29,553 bases of DNA from Macrostomum lignano. Its lineage: Eukaryota. Location: positions 1-29,553 of the forward strand of contig NIVC01000783.1 of NCBI GenBank assembly GCA_002269645.1, written 5' to 3'. A program made the position numbers and the translations under genes. The notes below the pieces were generated by a model. The model was not told where the DNA came from. It made no database searches and saw nothing but the letters and a program-made list of their open reading frames with translations. Shown one piece after another: positions 11,801 to 22,167 of this stretch. The number at the start of each line of letters is the position of its first letter. Position 1 is the stretch's first letter.

Positions 11801-13989
11801 AGTAGACTAATTAGGTGATGAGTTGTTTGTTACATTTTTATATCTTTCAATGGAACTTTTTGAAATATATAAATATTAAATATTAACAAAATGACTACTA
11901 AGACCAAATTATAGTTAGTATATATATTGTCATATATGCCAAAAATTCCAATATATAAAAGGATCTTGTATATACCATTAGTATACAAAGGGGCTTGTAT
12001 CCCTTGGTATACAAGCTTAGTATATAAAAATCACCAAGATAATAAGTAAGACCAATTGTCTTAAGTCTCAACTAACATATACACAATAAACTTAGTGTGT
12101 AAAAATGACTAGGTCTAAGTTCAAATAATCAAGTTTGGTATAGGTAGTCTACATGTGCATAGATGGAATAGCTAAATTTTGATTAAAAAGTTCCAAAAAA
12201 TTATTGAAAACTAAATTAAAAATTATGTCCAACTTATTTATAAATTAAATCTTGATACTAGTGCTAAGACCTAGGTGATATTATAAATATTCTCTTAATT
12301 ACTGAATTGAACACTAGCTGACTTTTTAATTTTTACCACAGAGGCAAAATGGGTATCAGAAAAGCAACTTAGTGTTTTTTATTCTTAATAGTGTAAGATT
12401 AGATACTCAAGACAGCAATTTTGAATACACAATAATAGATATTTGCAATATATATTGGCATTACATGAAATTATCAGGGTATATAAAATATAGAGCATTT
12501 TAATTGTCTTATTATTATTAAATATATCTAAAATTTGTCCTAAAAAACTAGTTTCAAAAGTCTGAATATATTTTTCATTTTCATTATATAGTATGCCATA
12601 AGAATAATATTAAATTAGTTATATAGTTTTGACTTTTTGTGCTTCTTAGATTATTGAATGGGCTGTCTTTGGCTTTAGTCTTTGCCATCAATGTTATATA
12701 GGCTTCTTGCTCAAATTCTCTGGCACCTACCAGGGAAGTACAGTTGGCTCTCACAGGGTGCCTCAGTAGATCTGCTAAGCTCTTGGTAAGATGAGAAAGA
12801 CTTAAGCACTCTATATAGACTTGGCAGTTCTTGATCGCATGTGTCCATAGTCAGCAGTTCCTATTGGGCTTAATGTAGGGACAAATAGTGCTAGCTTTGG
12901 GTGGTTTTAGCAGTAGCAACTGAGCAATAGTAGTCACAGTCAGATTTAGTCACACTTAGACTTGGAGCAAGTTAGAGTCTGGGTCTATCAAAGGCAAGAT
13001 AGCTTAGAAACTTAGAGACAGACAAGCCAAAAGAAGTTGCAACTAAGAAACCTAAACAAATCCTTGACTGAACCAAGGCATGAGGGGGCTCATATATATA
13101 GGAAGGAGATATTGCATTATAGGGCACAAGACTTCCAATTTGTTTGATTTCATGACATTTGTCAAAGGCTTGGTTTGTCTCAGAGGAAACAAGGGTTCAC
13201 AGGCATACAATCCCCCTCCCTATATAAACAATAGCCAAGCACATAGCCATAGCCAACCATAGGGTGGCAAATGAGTATAGGGAAGTTAGTCTAGCAATTT
13301 ATTTAGTTAGCAATTTATATGACTTGCAATGATTTATTAGGCCTATAAAGATATCCATGCCTAGACACCATAGCACTGGAATAGCTACATAACTATATAT
13401 TAAATATAATAAAATGGCAAACATATAGGATTCATACCCTCAAATACTTTTGATACTCATTCAATAGCTATAATCTGTTTGAATAATGACTGTAATGACT
13501 ATAATGATTATATTTTTCTAGCATCCATAGATGGTATTTTCTCTAAGACTATGATGAGCTAACTTATGGTTCTATTATATATATATTAATTTAAGTAGAA
13601 AGCTATACATACTAGTAGGTTATGTTAATCAAATCAGTGCATAAAATGATATTGAAGTATCTAGTCTATGATTGTTGTAAGAATTTGTATAATTTAAAAA
13701 GCCATTTTACTAGAAATAAAAGATTTCTCCTTTTATAACCATTTTAAATAAATTATTCTAAAGGCCAATTTTATATAACAAATCTTAATTTCTAAAGAAT
13801 AAATATTTGCATAATTAAAGTACTATTTAATAGGATATTTTTTAACTTGATTTCTACTTTCTACCAATTTTAATAGGCCCTATAATTGTTTTTTAGAATA
13901 CCTAGTATACTTGTACTTTAGTACACTATTGAAAATTCCAATGTCCCCTATATAAAAAATTTACAGGTCACTAAAGCTGATCATCGATC

Positions 13990-14115
13990 ATGTTCTCTGA
14001 CCAGAGATTTTACATACAACAAGCTGGTAGCGTATCCAAACAACAGATTCACCTGCTGTCTGCTGCCCTTAGTAAAGCCGGCGCTATAGTTATTGATAAG
14101 ATTGTTAATGATCAG
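13990..14115 (+). CDS. POLL: Pol lambda exon 1, first half of BRCT (MFSDQRFYIQQAGSVSKQQIHLLSAALSKAGAIVIDKIVNDQ)
   Basis: ATG at 13990, phase-0 donor CAG|gttagt, upstream acceptor ttacAG at 13966. Not in the ORF track (42 aa). Confidence 0.75.
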
Positions 14116-14149
14116 GTTAGTTTAACTGTGCCTATTTGTATCTTATCAT

Positions 14150-14395
14150 GAGCCTTGTGGTTAGAGTGTCAGACTGAAAGGTCGGGAGTTCGATTCTTGA
14201 CCCTCTCGGAACAATTGTTTTCATTGGGCAAAACATTTAACTCTCTGCATTGCTTCAGTTCACCCAGCTGTGAAATGGGTGCCGCCAGCATTAGCTGGGG
14301 TAATTGAGGATGTGTGGGGACCCCCCCCCCCCCCAGTCCTTGGACTGAACAGCCGTATGCAGCTGAGCTGTCGGCTGCACATCTGCCCATTAGTG
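14150..14395 (+). mobile_element. tRNA-derived SINE in Pol lambda intron 1
   Basis: A-box TGGTTAGAGT, B-box GTTCGATTC, then a central block (ttgggcaaaacatttaac...cacccagctgtgaaatggg) resembling CORE/Nin/Deu-type SINE domains. Second copy at 3565-4160. Confidence 0.85.
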
Positions 14396-14462
14396 TACAG
14401 TATTTTGTAATTCTTTAATTTTAATTCACATCATAAGTGTTTTTTTCAATTCATTGGAACAG

Positions 14463-15022
14463 ACGCCAATCGACTATTTCATTGCCGACTCCAAGTTCAG
14501 CCAGTTTGATTGTTTTAAATTCTCTAGCAGCAAGAATTTCACTGCCGACTCGCCAGTGTTGGCTGGCTGCCAGTTTGTCTAAGTCGACTGGCCTGTTGCT
14601 TGTTTGAAAGCCCGTCAAGTTTTGCCGTTCAACGAGTTCAAGCTGCACTCTTTGGCGTCCGTTTCGGAGTCGAAGCAGTCAGCTGAGCCAGATGAACCGC
14701 CTAGTAAGCGACCTCGCTCTGCTGCTTTTGTTGTTGAAGAAGCCGACGTTGATTCTTCAGCGACAGCCAGCACTTCGTTGGCGTCGGAATCAGCGTCGCA
14801 GTCGTTGCGACTTCCACCTCGCGTCGGCGCCTGGATCTGCGCCCAGTCGTCGCTATCAACGCCAGCCGTCTCCGAAGTTGCCTGTCCGGCTAATGCTGAT
14901 ATTGTCCGAATATTGGGCCAAATGGCCGACACCTACGGATCGACTAACGATAAATGGCGGGTTTACAGTTATAAGAAAGCTGCCCAAGCTGTTAAACGGT
15001 GTTCTAAGCCGATTGATTCTAG
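14463..15022 (+). CDS. POLL: Pol lambda exon 2: second half of BRCT, Ser/Pro-rich linker, start of the 8-kDa lyase domain
   Basis: TPIDYFIADS...CQFV*VDWPVACLKARQVLPFNEFKL...NADIVRILGQMADTY...DKWRVYSYKKAAQAVK; acceptor gaacAG, donor AG|gtgtgt. Confidence 0.85.
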
Positions 15023-15099
15023 GTGTGTTGAGGGCTGGATATTTTCGAGGATTTAAGTATGGGATTGTTAGATCACAGACTACAGAACTTATAATTGTT

Positions 15100-15625
15100 T
15101 TTAGAAAATAAAATGTGAGTCATTGAGGCGATTTATAGTTCATTGGTGATTCATAGAAACAAAAATGTGAGTCATTGAGGCGATTTATAGCTCATTGGTG
15201 ATTGTTAGATACTAAAATGTGAGTCATTGAGGTGATTTATAGCTCATTGGTGATTCTTAGATACTAAAATGTGAGTCATTGAGGTGATTTATAGCTCATT
15301 GGTGATTGTTAGATACTAAAATGTGAGTCATTGAGGTGATTTATAGCTCATTGGTGATTCTTAGATACTAAAATGTGAGTCATTGAGGTGATTTATAGCT
15401 CATTGGTGATTCTTAGATACTAAAATGTGAGTCATTGAGGTGATTTATAGCTCATTGGTGATTCATAAAAACTAGAATATGAGTCGTTGAGGCGATTTAT
15501 AGCTCATTAGTGATTCATAGAAAGTAAAATGTGAATCATTGAGGCAAATTATAGCTCATTGGTGCATCATAGAAAATAATATGAGTCATTCAGGCGCTTT
15601 TTAGCTTATTGATGAGTCATAGAAG
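15100..15625. repeat. Intronic minisatellite, 52-bp unit (AAAATGTGAGTCATTGAGGTGATTTATAGCTCATTGGTGATTCTTAGATACT)
   Basis: About 10 copies inside Pol lambda intron 2. Confidence 0.95.
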
Positions 15626-15764
15626 AAGACGGAAGACATAAGTCATATAAAATCAAACTTGGCTTTTTTGTTAGTTATAAGTCATGGAAGGCTAATTGGC
15701 TACAAAATGTTATTAATTACAATTTATAAGACTCACCGCTATCGCCACTACCCCCCCCCCTTAG

Positions 15765-16143
15765 AGCCAGTGCCCAGTCGCTGCCAGGCGTTGGTAGCCG
15801 ATTAGCTGATAAAGATCTGGGAGATAGCCCAGAGCGGCCGCCTAGCCAAGCTAGATTGCCTGTCATCGGACGAGACTGTCGCGGCTTTGAAACTTTTTAC
15901 TAGCCTGTGGGGCGCCGGTCCGGTAACTGCTCAAGCTTGGGTTGCTCAGGGCCTTCGCAGCCTGGATGACCTTGCCAGCAGGCCTGACCTGCTTAATAGG
16001 CAACAGAAAATTGGTTTGAAACACTACGACGATTTTCTTAATCGAATGCCGCGTTCGGAGGCTGGCGAAATTGAATCAGTGGTTGCTGAGGCTGTACATC
16101 AGCTTGGCAACGGTTTTATAGTGCAGGCCTGCGGTTCCTATAG
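15765..16143 (+). CDS. POLL: Pol lambda exon 3: HhH motifs and fingers; +1 frameshift near 15812
   Basis: ASAQSLPGVGSRLADK in frame 1 continues as KIWEIAQSGRLAKLD...LWGAGPVTAQAWVAQG...ACGSY in frame 2. Confidence 0.9.
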
Positions 16144-16214
16144 GTAGGTGTCTTTGATTCTAATTACTCGTGATATTACTTCCATTTAGTTTGAAGTTTA
16201 AATTTAACCTTGAT

Positions 16215-16590
16215 AAGAATCGCCCTTGCATCGCCATTGAAGAATCGCCCTTGCATCGCTATTAAAAATCGCACTTGCATCGCCATTCGAGAATCGCCCT
16301 TAAACCGCCATTAAATAATCGCCCTTGCATCGCCATTAAAGAATCGCCCTTGCATCGCTATTAAGAATCGCCCTTGCATCGCTATTAAGAATCGCCCTTG
16401 CACCGCCATTAAAAATCGCACTTGCATCGCCATTCGAGAATCGCCCTTAAACCGCCATTAAAGAATCGCCCTTGCATCGCCGTTAAAGAATAGCTCTTGC
16501 ATCGCTATCAAGAATCGCCCTTACATCGCTATTAAGAATCGTCCTTGCATCGCCGTTAGAGAATCGCCCTGGCTTCGCCATTGAGAATCC
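16215..16590. repeat. Intronic minisatellite, 24-25-bp unit AAGAATCGCCCTTGCATCGCYATT
   Basis: About 15 copies inside Pol lambda intron 3. Confidence 0.95.
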
Positions 16591-16694
16591 TCTCGGCTTC
16601 GTTATGAACCTCAGGCAGTTTCAATAGGCGGCAAAGAAACGAAAAGATGAATCCTTTCTCTCCCTACCCCTTCCTCGCCTTGAAATATTCGCAG

Positions 16695-17184
16695 GCGCGG
16701 CCGACCAGACTGCGGCGACGTCGACGTACTGGTAACGCATCCAGACGGCCGTTCGCACGCCGGCCTTCTGACTCGCCTAGTGACCCACCTGGAGCGCACC
16801 GGCTTCCTCACTGATCATTTAGTATCCTGCGAAGAGAATGGCGATCACTAGAAATACCTTGGCGTTTGTCGCCTGCCATTGTCGACAAACAATTCTGGCC
16901 AATCAGAGCGCCGGGCCCGCCGATTAGACATAATCGTGGTGCCGTATAACGAGTACGCCTGCTCGTTGGTGTACTTTACTGGCTCAGAGCATTTCTGCCG
17001 CAGTCTGCGCCATTTAGCTAAACGATTAGGCATGTCGCTGAACGAGCACGCACTGTATGAAGGTGTCATTAGGCGCGGCGCAGTTAAGGTTAATCCTGGC
17101 CGACCGGTGAATACGCCAGATGAAGCTAGCGTGTTTCAACATCTAGGCGTGCCATATAGGCCGCCGAATGAAAGGGATCATTAG
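16695..17184 (+). CDS. POLL: Pol lambda exon 4: catalytic palm and thumb; in-frame TAG at 16849
   Basis: [21 protein letters not shown]...[15 protein letters not shown]...[15 protein letters not shown]...[10 protein letters not shown]; all three catalytic Asp present. Confidence 0.92.
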
Positions 17185-17289
17185 AATATTAATTCTGTAT
17201 TTTTTCACCATAGTCTTTTATTGCTTTTTACATTTCTCTTTTCCTTAATTATTTCGACCTGTATGTCTACTCCTTTTTGTGTTTTAAGT

Positions 17290-18060
17290 CCGTCTTGCAA
17301 ATCCGCTCCTTGTCTTGCAAATCCGCTCCTTTGTCTTGCTAATCCGCTACTTTGTCTTGCAAATCCGCTCCTTTGTCTTGCAAATCCGCTCCTTTGTCTT
17401 GCTAATCCGCTCCTTTGTCCTACAAATCCGCTCCTTTGTCTTGCAAATCCGCTCCTTTGTCTTGCAAATCCGCTCCTTTGTCTTGCAAATCCGCTCCTTT
17501 GTCTTGCAAATCCGCTCCTTTGTCTTGCTAATCCGCTCCTTTGTCCTACAAATCCGCTCCTTTGTCTTGCAAATCCGCTCCTTTGTCTTGCTATTCCGCT
17601 CCTTTATCCTACAAATCCGCTCCTTTTTCTTGCAAATCCGCTCCTTTGTCTTGCTAATCCGCTCCTTTGTCTTGCAAATCCGCTCCTTTGTCTTGCAAAT
17701 CCGCTCCTTTGTCTTGCAAATCCGCCCCTTCGTCTAGCAAATCCGCCCCTTCGTCTGGCCAATCCGCCCCTTCGTCTTGCAAATCCGCCCTTTCGTCTGG
17801 CAAATCCGCCCCTTCTTCTGGCCAATCCGCCCTTTCGTCTGGAAAATCCGCCCCTTCGTCTTGCAAATCCGCCCTTTCGTCTGGCTAATCCGCCCCTTCG
17901 TCTGGAAAATCCGCCCCTTCGTCTGGCAAATCCGCCCCTTCGTCTGGCAAATCCGCCCCTTCGTCTGGCAAATCCGCCCCTTCGTCTGGCAAATCCGCCC
18001 CTTCGTCTGGCAAATCCGCCCCTTCGTCTGGCAAATCCGCCCCTTCGTCTTAAAAATCCG
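17290..18060. repeat. Minisatellite, 21-bp unit, two subarrays (GCAAATCCGCTCCTTTGTCTT then GCAAATCCGCCCCTTCGTCTG)
   Basis: About 36 copies, starting about 100 bp after the Pol lambda stop. Confidence 0.97.
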
Positions 18061-18571
18061 CCTCAAATCTATCATTGTAGAGTATGCATAAAAATTAAAT
18101 TATGTATTCGCTGCATGCCAAATATTTACATCTAATGGCTTTTTTTATAAACTTTAGCGTTTAAAATATCGAGTTTATCTGTGATTAAATATTTGTAAAC
18201 ATGATACTTTGCCTGTACACCTTCCTGTTTTTCTTACTAACTGTATTAGGTTTTTTTGCACTGCATGATCTTATTGTTTACAAATATCGTGTTATATGCG
18301 CAGATTTTAATTAACTAGTTTTATTTATTCAGATCAATATATATCGAATCATATTTAAAGAGGTATCTTTTTTTAATTAATTATTTAAACTTTAGGTTTT
18401 GATCTTTAGGGCGTCAGCTTCTTAGTTAAAAATGATGCATTATAGATGATAAAAACAAACTAGAATAGATGAAGATCATTTTAAAATTTGTTCTAACACC
18501 AGAAATTATTATTTAGCAACCCTAACACATGATGGACACTCGTACTACTGCTCAGAAGGATCTATTTCTCA

Positions 18572-19870
18572 AATGCATCTATCTACTTCACATATATTTA
18601 TCTACTTCTCATACGAATCTATCTAACTTCTCATTTGCATTTATCCACTTCTCATGAGCATCTATCTACTCATACGAATCTATCTACTTCTCATACGAAT
18701 CTATCTACTCATACGAATCTATCTACTTCTCATACGAATCTATCTACTTCTCATACGAATCGATCTACTCATACGAATCTATCTACTTCTCATACGAATC
18801 TATCTACTTCTCATACGAATCTATCTACTCATACGAATCTATCTACTTCTCATACGAATCTATCTAATAATACGAATCTATCTACTAATACGAATCTATC
18901 TACTTCTCATACAAATCTATCTACTTCTCATACGAATCTATCTACTTCTCATACGAATCTATCTACTCATACAAATCTATCTACTAATACGAATCTATCT
19001 ACTTCTCATACGAATCTATCTACTTCTCATACGAATCCATCTACTTTTCATACGAATCTATCTACTAATACGAATCTATCTACTCATACGAATCTATCTA
19101 CTCATACGAATCTATCTACTTCTCATACGAATCTATCTACTTCTCATACGAATCTATCTACTTTTCATACGAATCTATCTACTAATACGAATCTATCTAC
19201 TCATACGAATCTATCTACTTCTCATACGAATCTATCTACTTCTCATATGAATCTATCTACTCATACGAATCTATCTACTTCTCATACGAATCTATCTACT
19301 TTTCATACGAATCTATCTACTCATACAAATCTATCTACTAATACGAATCTATCTACTTCTCATACGAATCTATCTACTCATACAAATCTATCTACTAATA
19401 CGAATCTATCTACTTCTCATACGAATCTATCTACTAATACGAATCTATCTACTTCTCATACGAATCTATCTACTCATACGAATCTATCTACTTCTCATAC
19501 GAATCTATCTACTCATACGAATCTATCTACTTCTCATACGAATCTATCTACTTTTCATACGAATCTATCTACTCATACGAATCTATCTACTAATACGAAT
19601 CTATCTACTTCTCATACGAATCTATCTACTCATACGAATCTATCTACTTCTCATACGAATCTATCTACTTTTCATACGAATCTATCTACTCATACGAATC
19701 TATCTACTCATACGAATCTATCTACTTCTCATACGAATCTATCTACTTCTCATACGAATCTATTTACTCATACGAATCTATCTACTTCTCATTTGCATTT
19801 ATCCACTTCTCATGAGCATTTATCTACTTCTCTCATGCATCTATCTACTCATTCACATCTATCTACTTCT
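18572..19870. repeat. Minisatellite of mixed 21- and 18-bp units, CATACGAATCTATCTACT(TCT)
   Basis: 1.3-kb array; source of the 436-aa THTNLS ORF. Confidence 0.97.
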
Positions 19871-19971
19871 CTCAGCATCTGTCTACTTTCCACATCCGGT
19901 GAGAAAGTCAGCGGCATAAAAATGAAAAGAATGGGCCCATTGTAATCCAACTGCCATAAAAAATTGCATTC

Positions 19972-20934
19972 CTGGGTCGACTCCGATTGCGTCAACGAGC
20001 TGGGGCCGCTTTGGCCGCCGCTCGAGCCTCTAAAGACACTGACAGAGCTGCTGGTGCTGCTCCTCAGGCACCATTGAAGATCGTCTGCTCCACCGCTGCC
20101 TCCGGCGCTGGCGGCATCGTCAAGCGCAAGCAGCTGGCTTCAAAATGTTCAGCTTTGCTGAAACCAAAGAAGCTGACTGGTAGCGCCAGACGGGCGGTGA
20201 AGCGGCAGGCTGTCGATATACTTCAGCGACGTCGAGCAACTCAGGCTGGCAAACAGCCGCTGATCGAATCCGACGCCGAAGACGACAATGACAATGAAGA
20301 CAACAATCTGGACGCGAAGCCCAGCATCGGCGACACCGGCGGAGTTGAGCGCGCGCTCAGCGTCGTGGCGCCGCCCTCCGGCCGGGCGCTCCGAACCGAT
20401 CTGACCGCCGAAGCGCTTCAATCGGCGATGGCGGCCGTCGATTCGCAGTCGGTGATCAGCGGCAAGACGGTGAAAGCGCTGGGTCTGCGGCTGAACAAGC
20501 AGCAGCGCAGGCGGCTGAAGTCGCAGCTGCTCCGGCAGCGGGTTGAGGCTCAGCAGCTGCAGCAGAATGAGGCAAAGAGCGGCAGCAAGGCGGATGACGC
20601 CAAGAACCTGCTGCCCCAGATGGACATCCTGGATAGGCTGGCCAGTCCGTCTGACGAGGCGGCCGCTCGTCGTCGGCTGTTGAAGTTGAAAAAGAAGAAA
20701 TCAAAGAAATTATCGGCTGCCTCAACAGGCGGCCAGCTGCGGCAGAAGCAACGGAAGCGACTTGAAGCTGCGACAGCAGATGCTCAACGATTGGCTGGCA
20801 TGCGGGCGGGAGCTCAGGGCCTGCTGTTTGCTGCTAGCGGTTGCTATAGTAACCCTGAGATGACAAAATTGCCAACTGAAGTTAGTGGCGCTGAGACTGT
20901 CGAACAGCTTAATAGGATTGCTGGCTTGCTGTAG
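19972..20934 (+). CDS. SLX9: Probable SLX9/FAM207A-like ribosome biogenesis protein, single exon, start codon unresolved
   Basis: Long GC-rich ORF. From memory, LGRLRLRQR resembles FAM207A MGKVRGLRAR and LNKQQRRRLKSQLLRQRVEA resembles KKEKMKLRRE.WLQKIEA; basic helical C-terminus. The family call needs an HMM search. Confidence 0.55.
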   Translation: MGRLRLRQRAGAALAAARASKDTDRAAGAAPQAPLKIVCSTAASGAGGIVKRKQLASKCSALLKPKKLTGSARRAVKRQAVDILQRRRATQAGKQPLIESDAEDDNDNEDNNLDAKPSIGDTGGVERALSVVAPPSGRALRTDLTAEALQSAMAAVDSQSVISGKTVKALGLRLNKQQRRRLKSQLLRQRVEAQQLQQNEAKSGSKADDAKNLLPQMDILDRLASPSDEAAARRRLLKLKKKKSKKLSAASTGGQLRQKQRKRLEAATADAQRLAGMRAGAQGLLFAASGCYSNPEMTKLPTEVSGAETVEQLNRIAGLL

Positions 20935-21114
20935 CTGTGCTGACTAAGCTATTAATGTTATTATTAGCATTTTAATCTGGAGTAAAGTTTTGCATATTTG
21001 CATTGTAGCAAAAATAATGATTGATTCGCTTAATCTGTGGAGCTTTTGGAGTTTTCCTTTATTGTCTGTTTTTTCTCATTTTAATATCCCCAAGCATTGC
21101 AGGACCGCCTTTTG

Positions 21115-22085
21115 AAATCCCATAGCCGCTCTGATATCCCATAGCCACTCTGATATCCCATAGCCACTCTGATATCACCATAGCCACTCTGATATCACCA
21201 TAGCCACTCTGATATCCCCATAGCCACTCTGATATCCCATAGCCACTCTGATATCCCATAGCCACTCTGATATCCCCATAGCCACTCTGATATCACCATA
21301 GCCACTCTGATATCCCATAGCCACTCTGATATCCCATAGCCACTCTGATATCACCATAGCCACTCTGATGTCCCCATAGCCACTATGATATCACCATAGC
21401 CACTCTGATATCCCCATAGCCACTCTGATATCCCATAGCCACTCTGATATCCCATAGCCACTCTGATATCCCCATAGCCACTCTGATATCACCATAGCCA
21501 CTCTGATATCACCATAGCCTCTCTGATATCCCCATAGCCACTCTGATATGCCCATAGCCACTCTGATATCCCCATAGCCACTCTGATATGCCCATAGCCA
21601 CTCTGATATCCCCATAGCTTCTGGCACCCTGATATCGCCATAGCCACTCTGATATCCCCATAGCTTCTGGCACCCTGATATCGCCATAGCCACTCTGATA
21701 TCCCCATAGCCACTCTGATATCACCATAGCCACTCTGATATCACCATAGCCACTCTGATATCCCATAGCCTCTCTGATATCCCCATAGCCACTCTGATAT
21801 CCCCATAGCCTCTCTGATATCCCCATAGCCACTCTGATATCCTCATAGCCACTCTGATATCCCCATAGCCACTCTGACATCCCTGATATCCTCATAGCTT
21901 CACTCTGACATCCCTGATATCCTCATAGCTTCACTCTGACATCCCTGATATCATCATAGCTTCACTCTGACATCCCTGATATCCTCATAGCTTCACTCTG
22001 ACATCCCTGATATCCTCATAGCTTCACTCTGACATCCCTGATATCCTCATAGCTTCACCCTGACATCCCCATAGCCACCCTGGCA
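21115..22085. repeat. Minisatellite, 20-21-bp unit CCCCATAGCCACTCTGATATC, switching to a 31-bp unit after about 21880
   Basis: More than 40 copies between the SLX9-like gene and LYAR. Confidence 0.97.
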
Positions 22086-22167
22086 TAGCTAGGTGCATCC
22101 GACCCGGTGTCCACCTATCACTTCTCTCTATACTATTATGCATGAAACTCCTGCACTCGCTCAAGCC

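Larger units (their letters stand above)
13990..17184 (+). pseudogene. POLL: DNA polymerase lambda (Pol X family with N-terminal BRCT), 4 exons, three disabling lesions
   Basis: GT-AG introns join the phases: 13990-14115, 14463-15022, 15765-16143, 16695-17184. Motifs LPGVG, LWGAG, ACGSYRRG..CGDVDVL.THPDG, RRLDII, YFTGS, MSLNEH, P.ERD* match Pol lambda. Lesions: TAA 14580-14582, extra A at 15811-15813, TAG 16849-16851. Confidence 0.9.

Noticed and set aside
12340-13270. PBS-like tgggtatcaga and an LTR/DIRS-like or decayed coding stretch on the minus strand
   Set aside because: The PBS is imperfect, there are no paired LTRs, and no protein motif is recognisable.
14150-14215. tRNA gene
   Set aside because: A and B boxes are present but there is no cloverleaf, and the sequence continues into a SINE body.
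17221-18135. 304-aa LANPLLC ORF in frame with the Pol lambda stop (readthrough tail)
   Set aside because: It is a translation of a 21-bp array, and the TAG at 17182 sits where Pol lambda normally ends.
18330-18460. Candidate micro-exons (ttcAG|atcaat...gag|gtatct)
   Set aside because: AT-rich, the continuation hits stops, and no coherent gene model results.
20990-21900. GYQSGYGDIRVAM repeat ORFs on the minus strand
   Set aside because: Translations of a minisatellite with frequent frame breaks.
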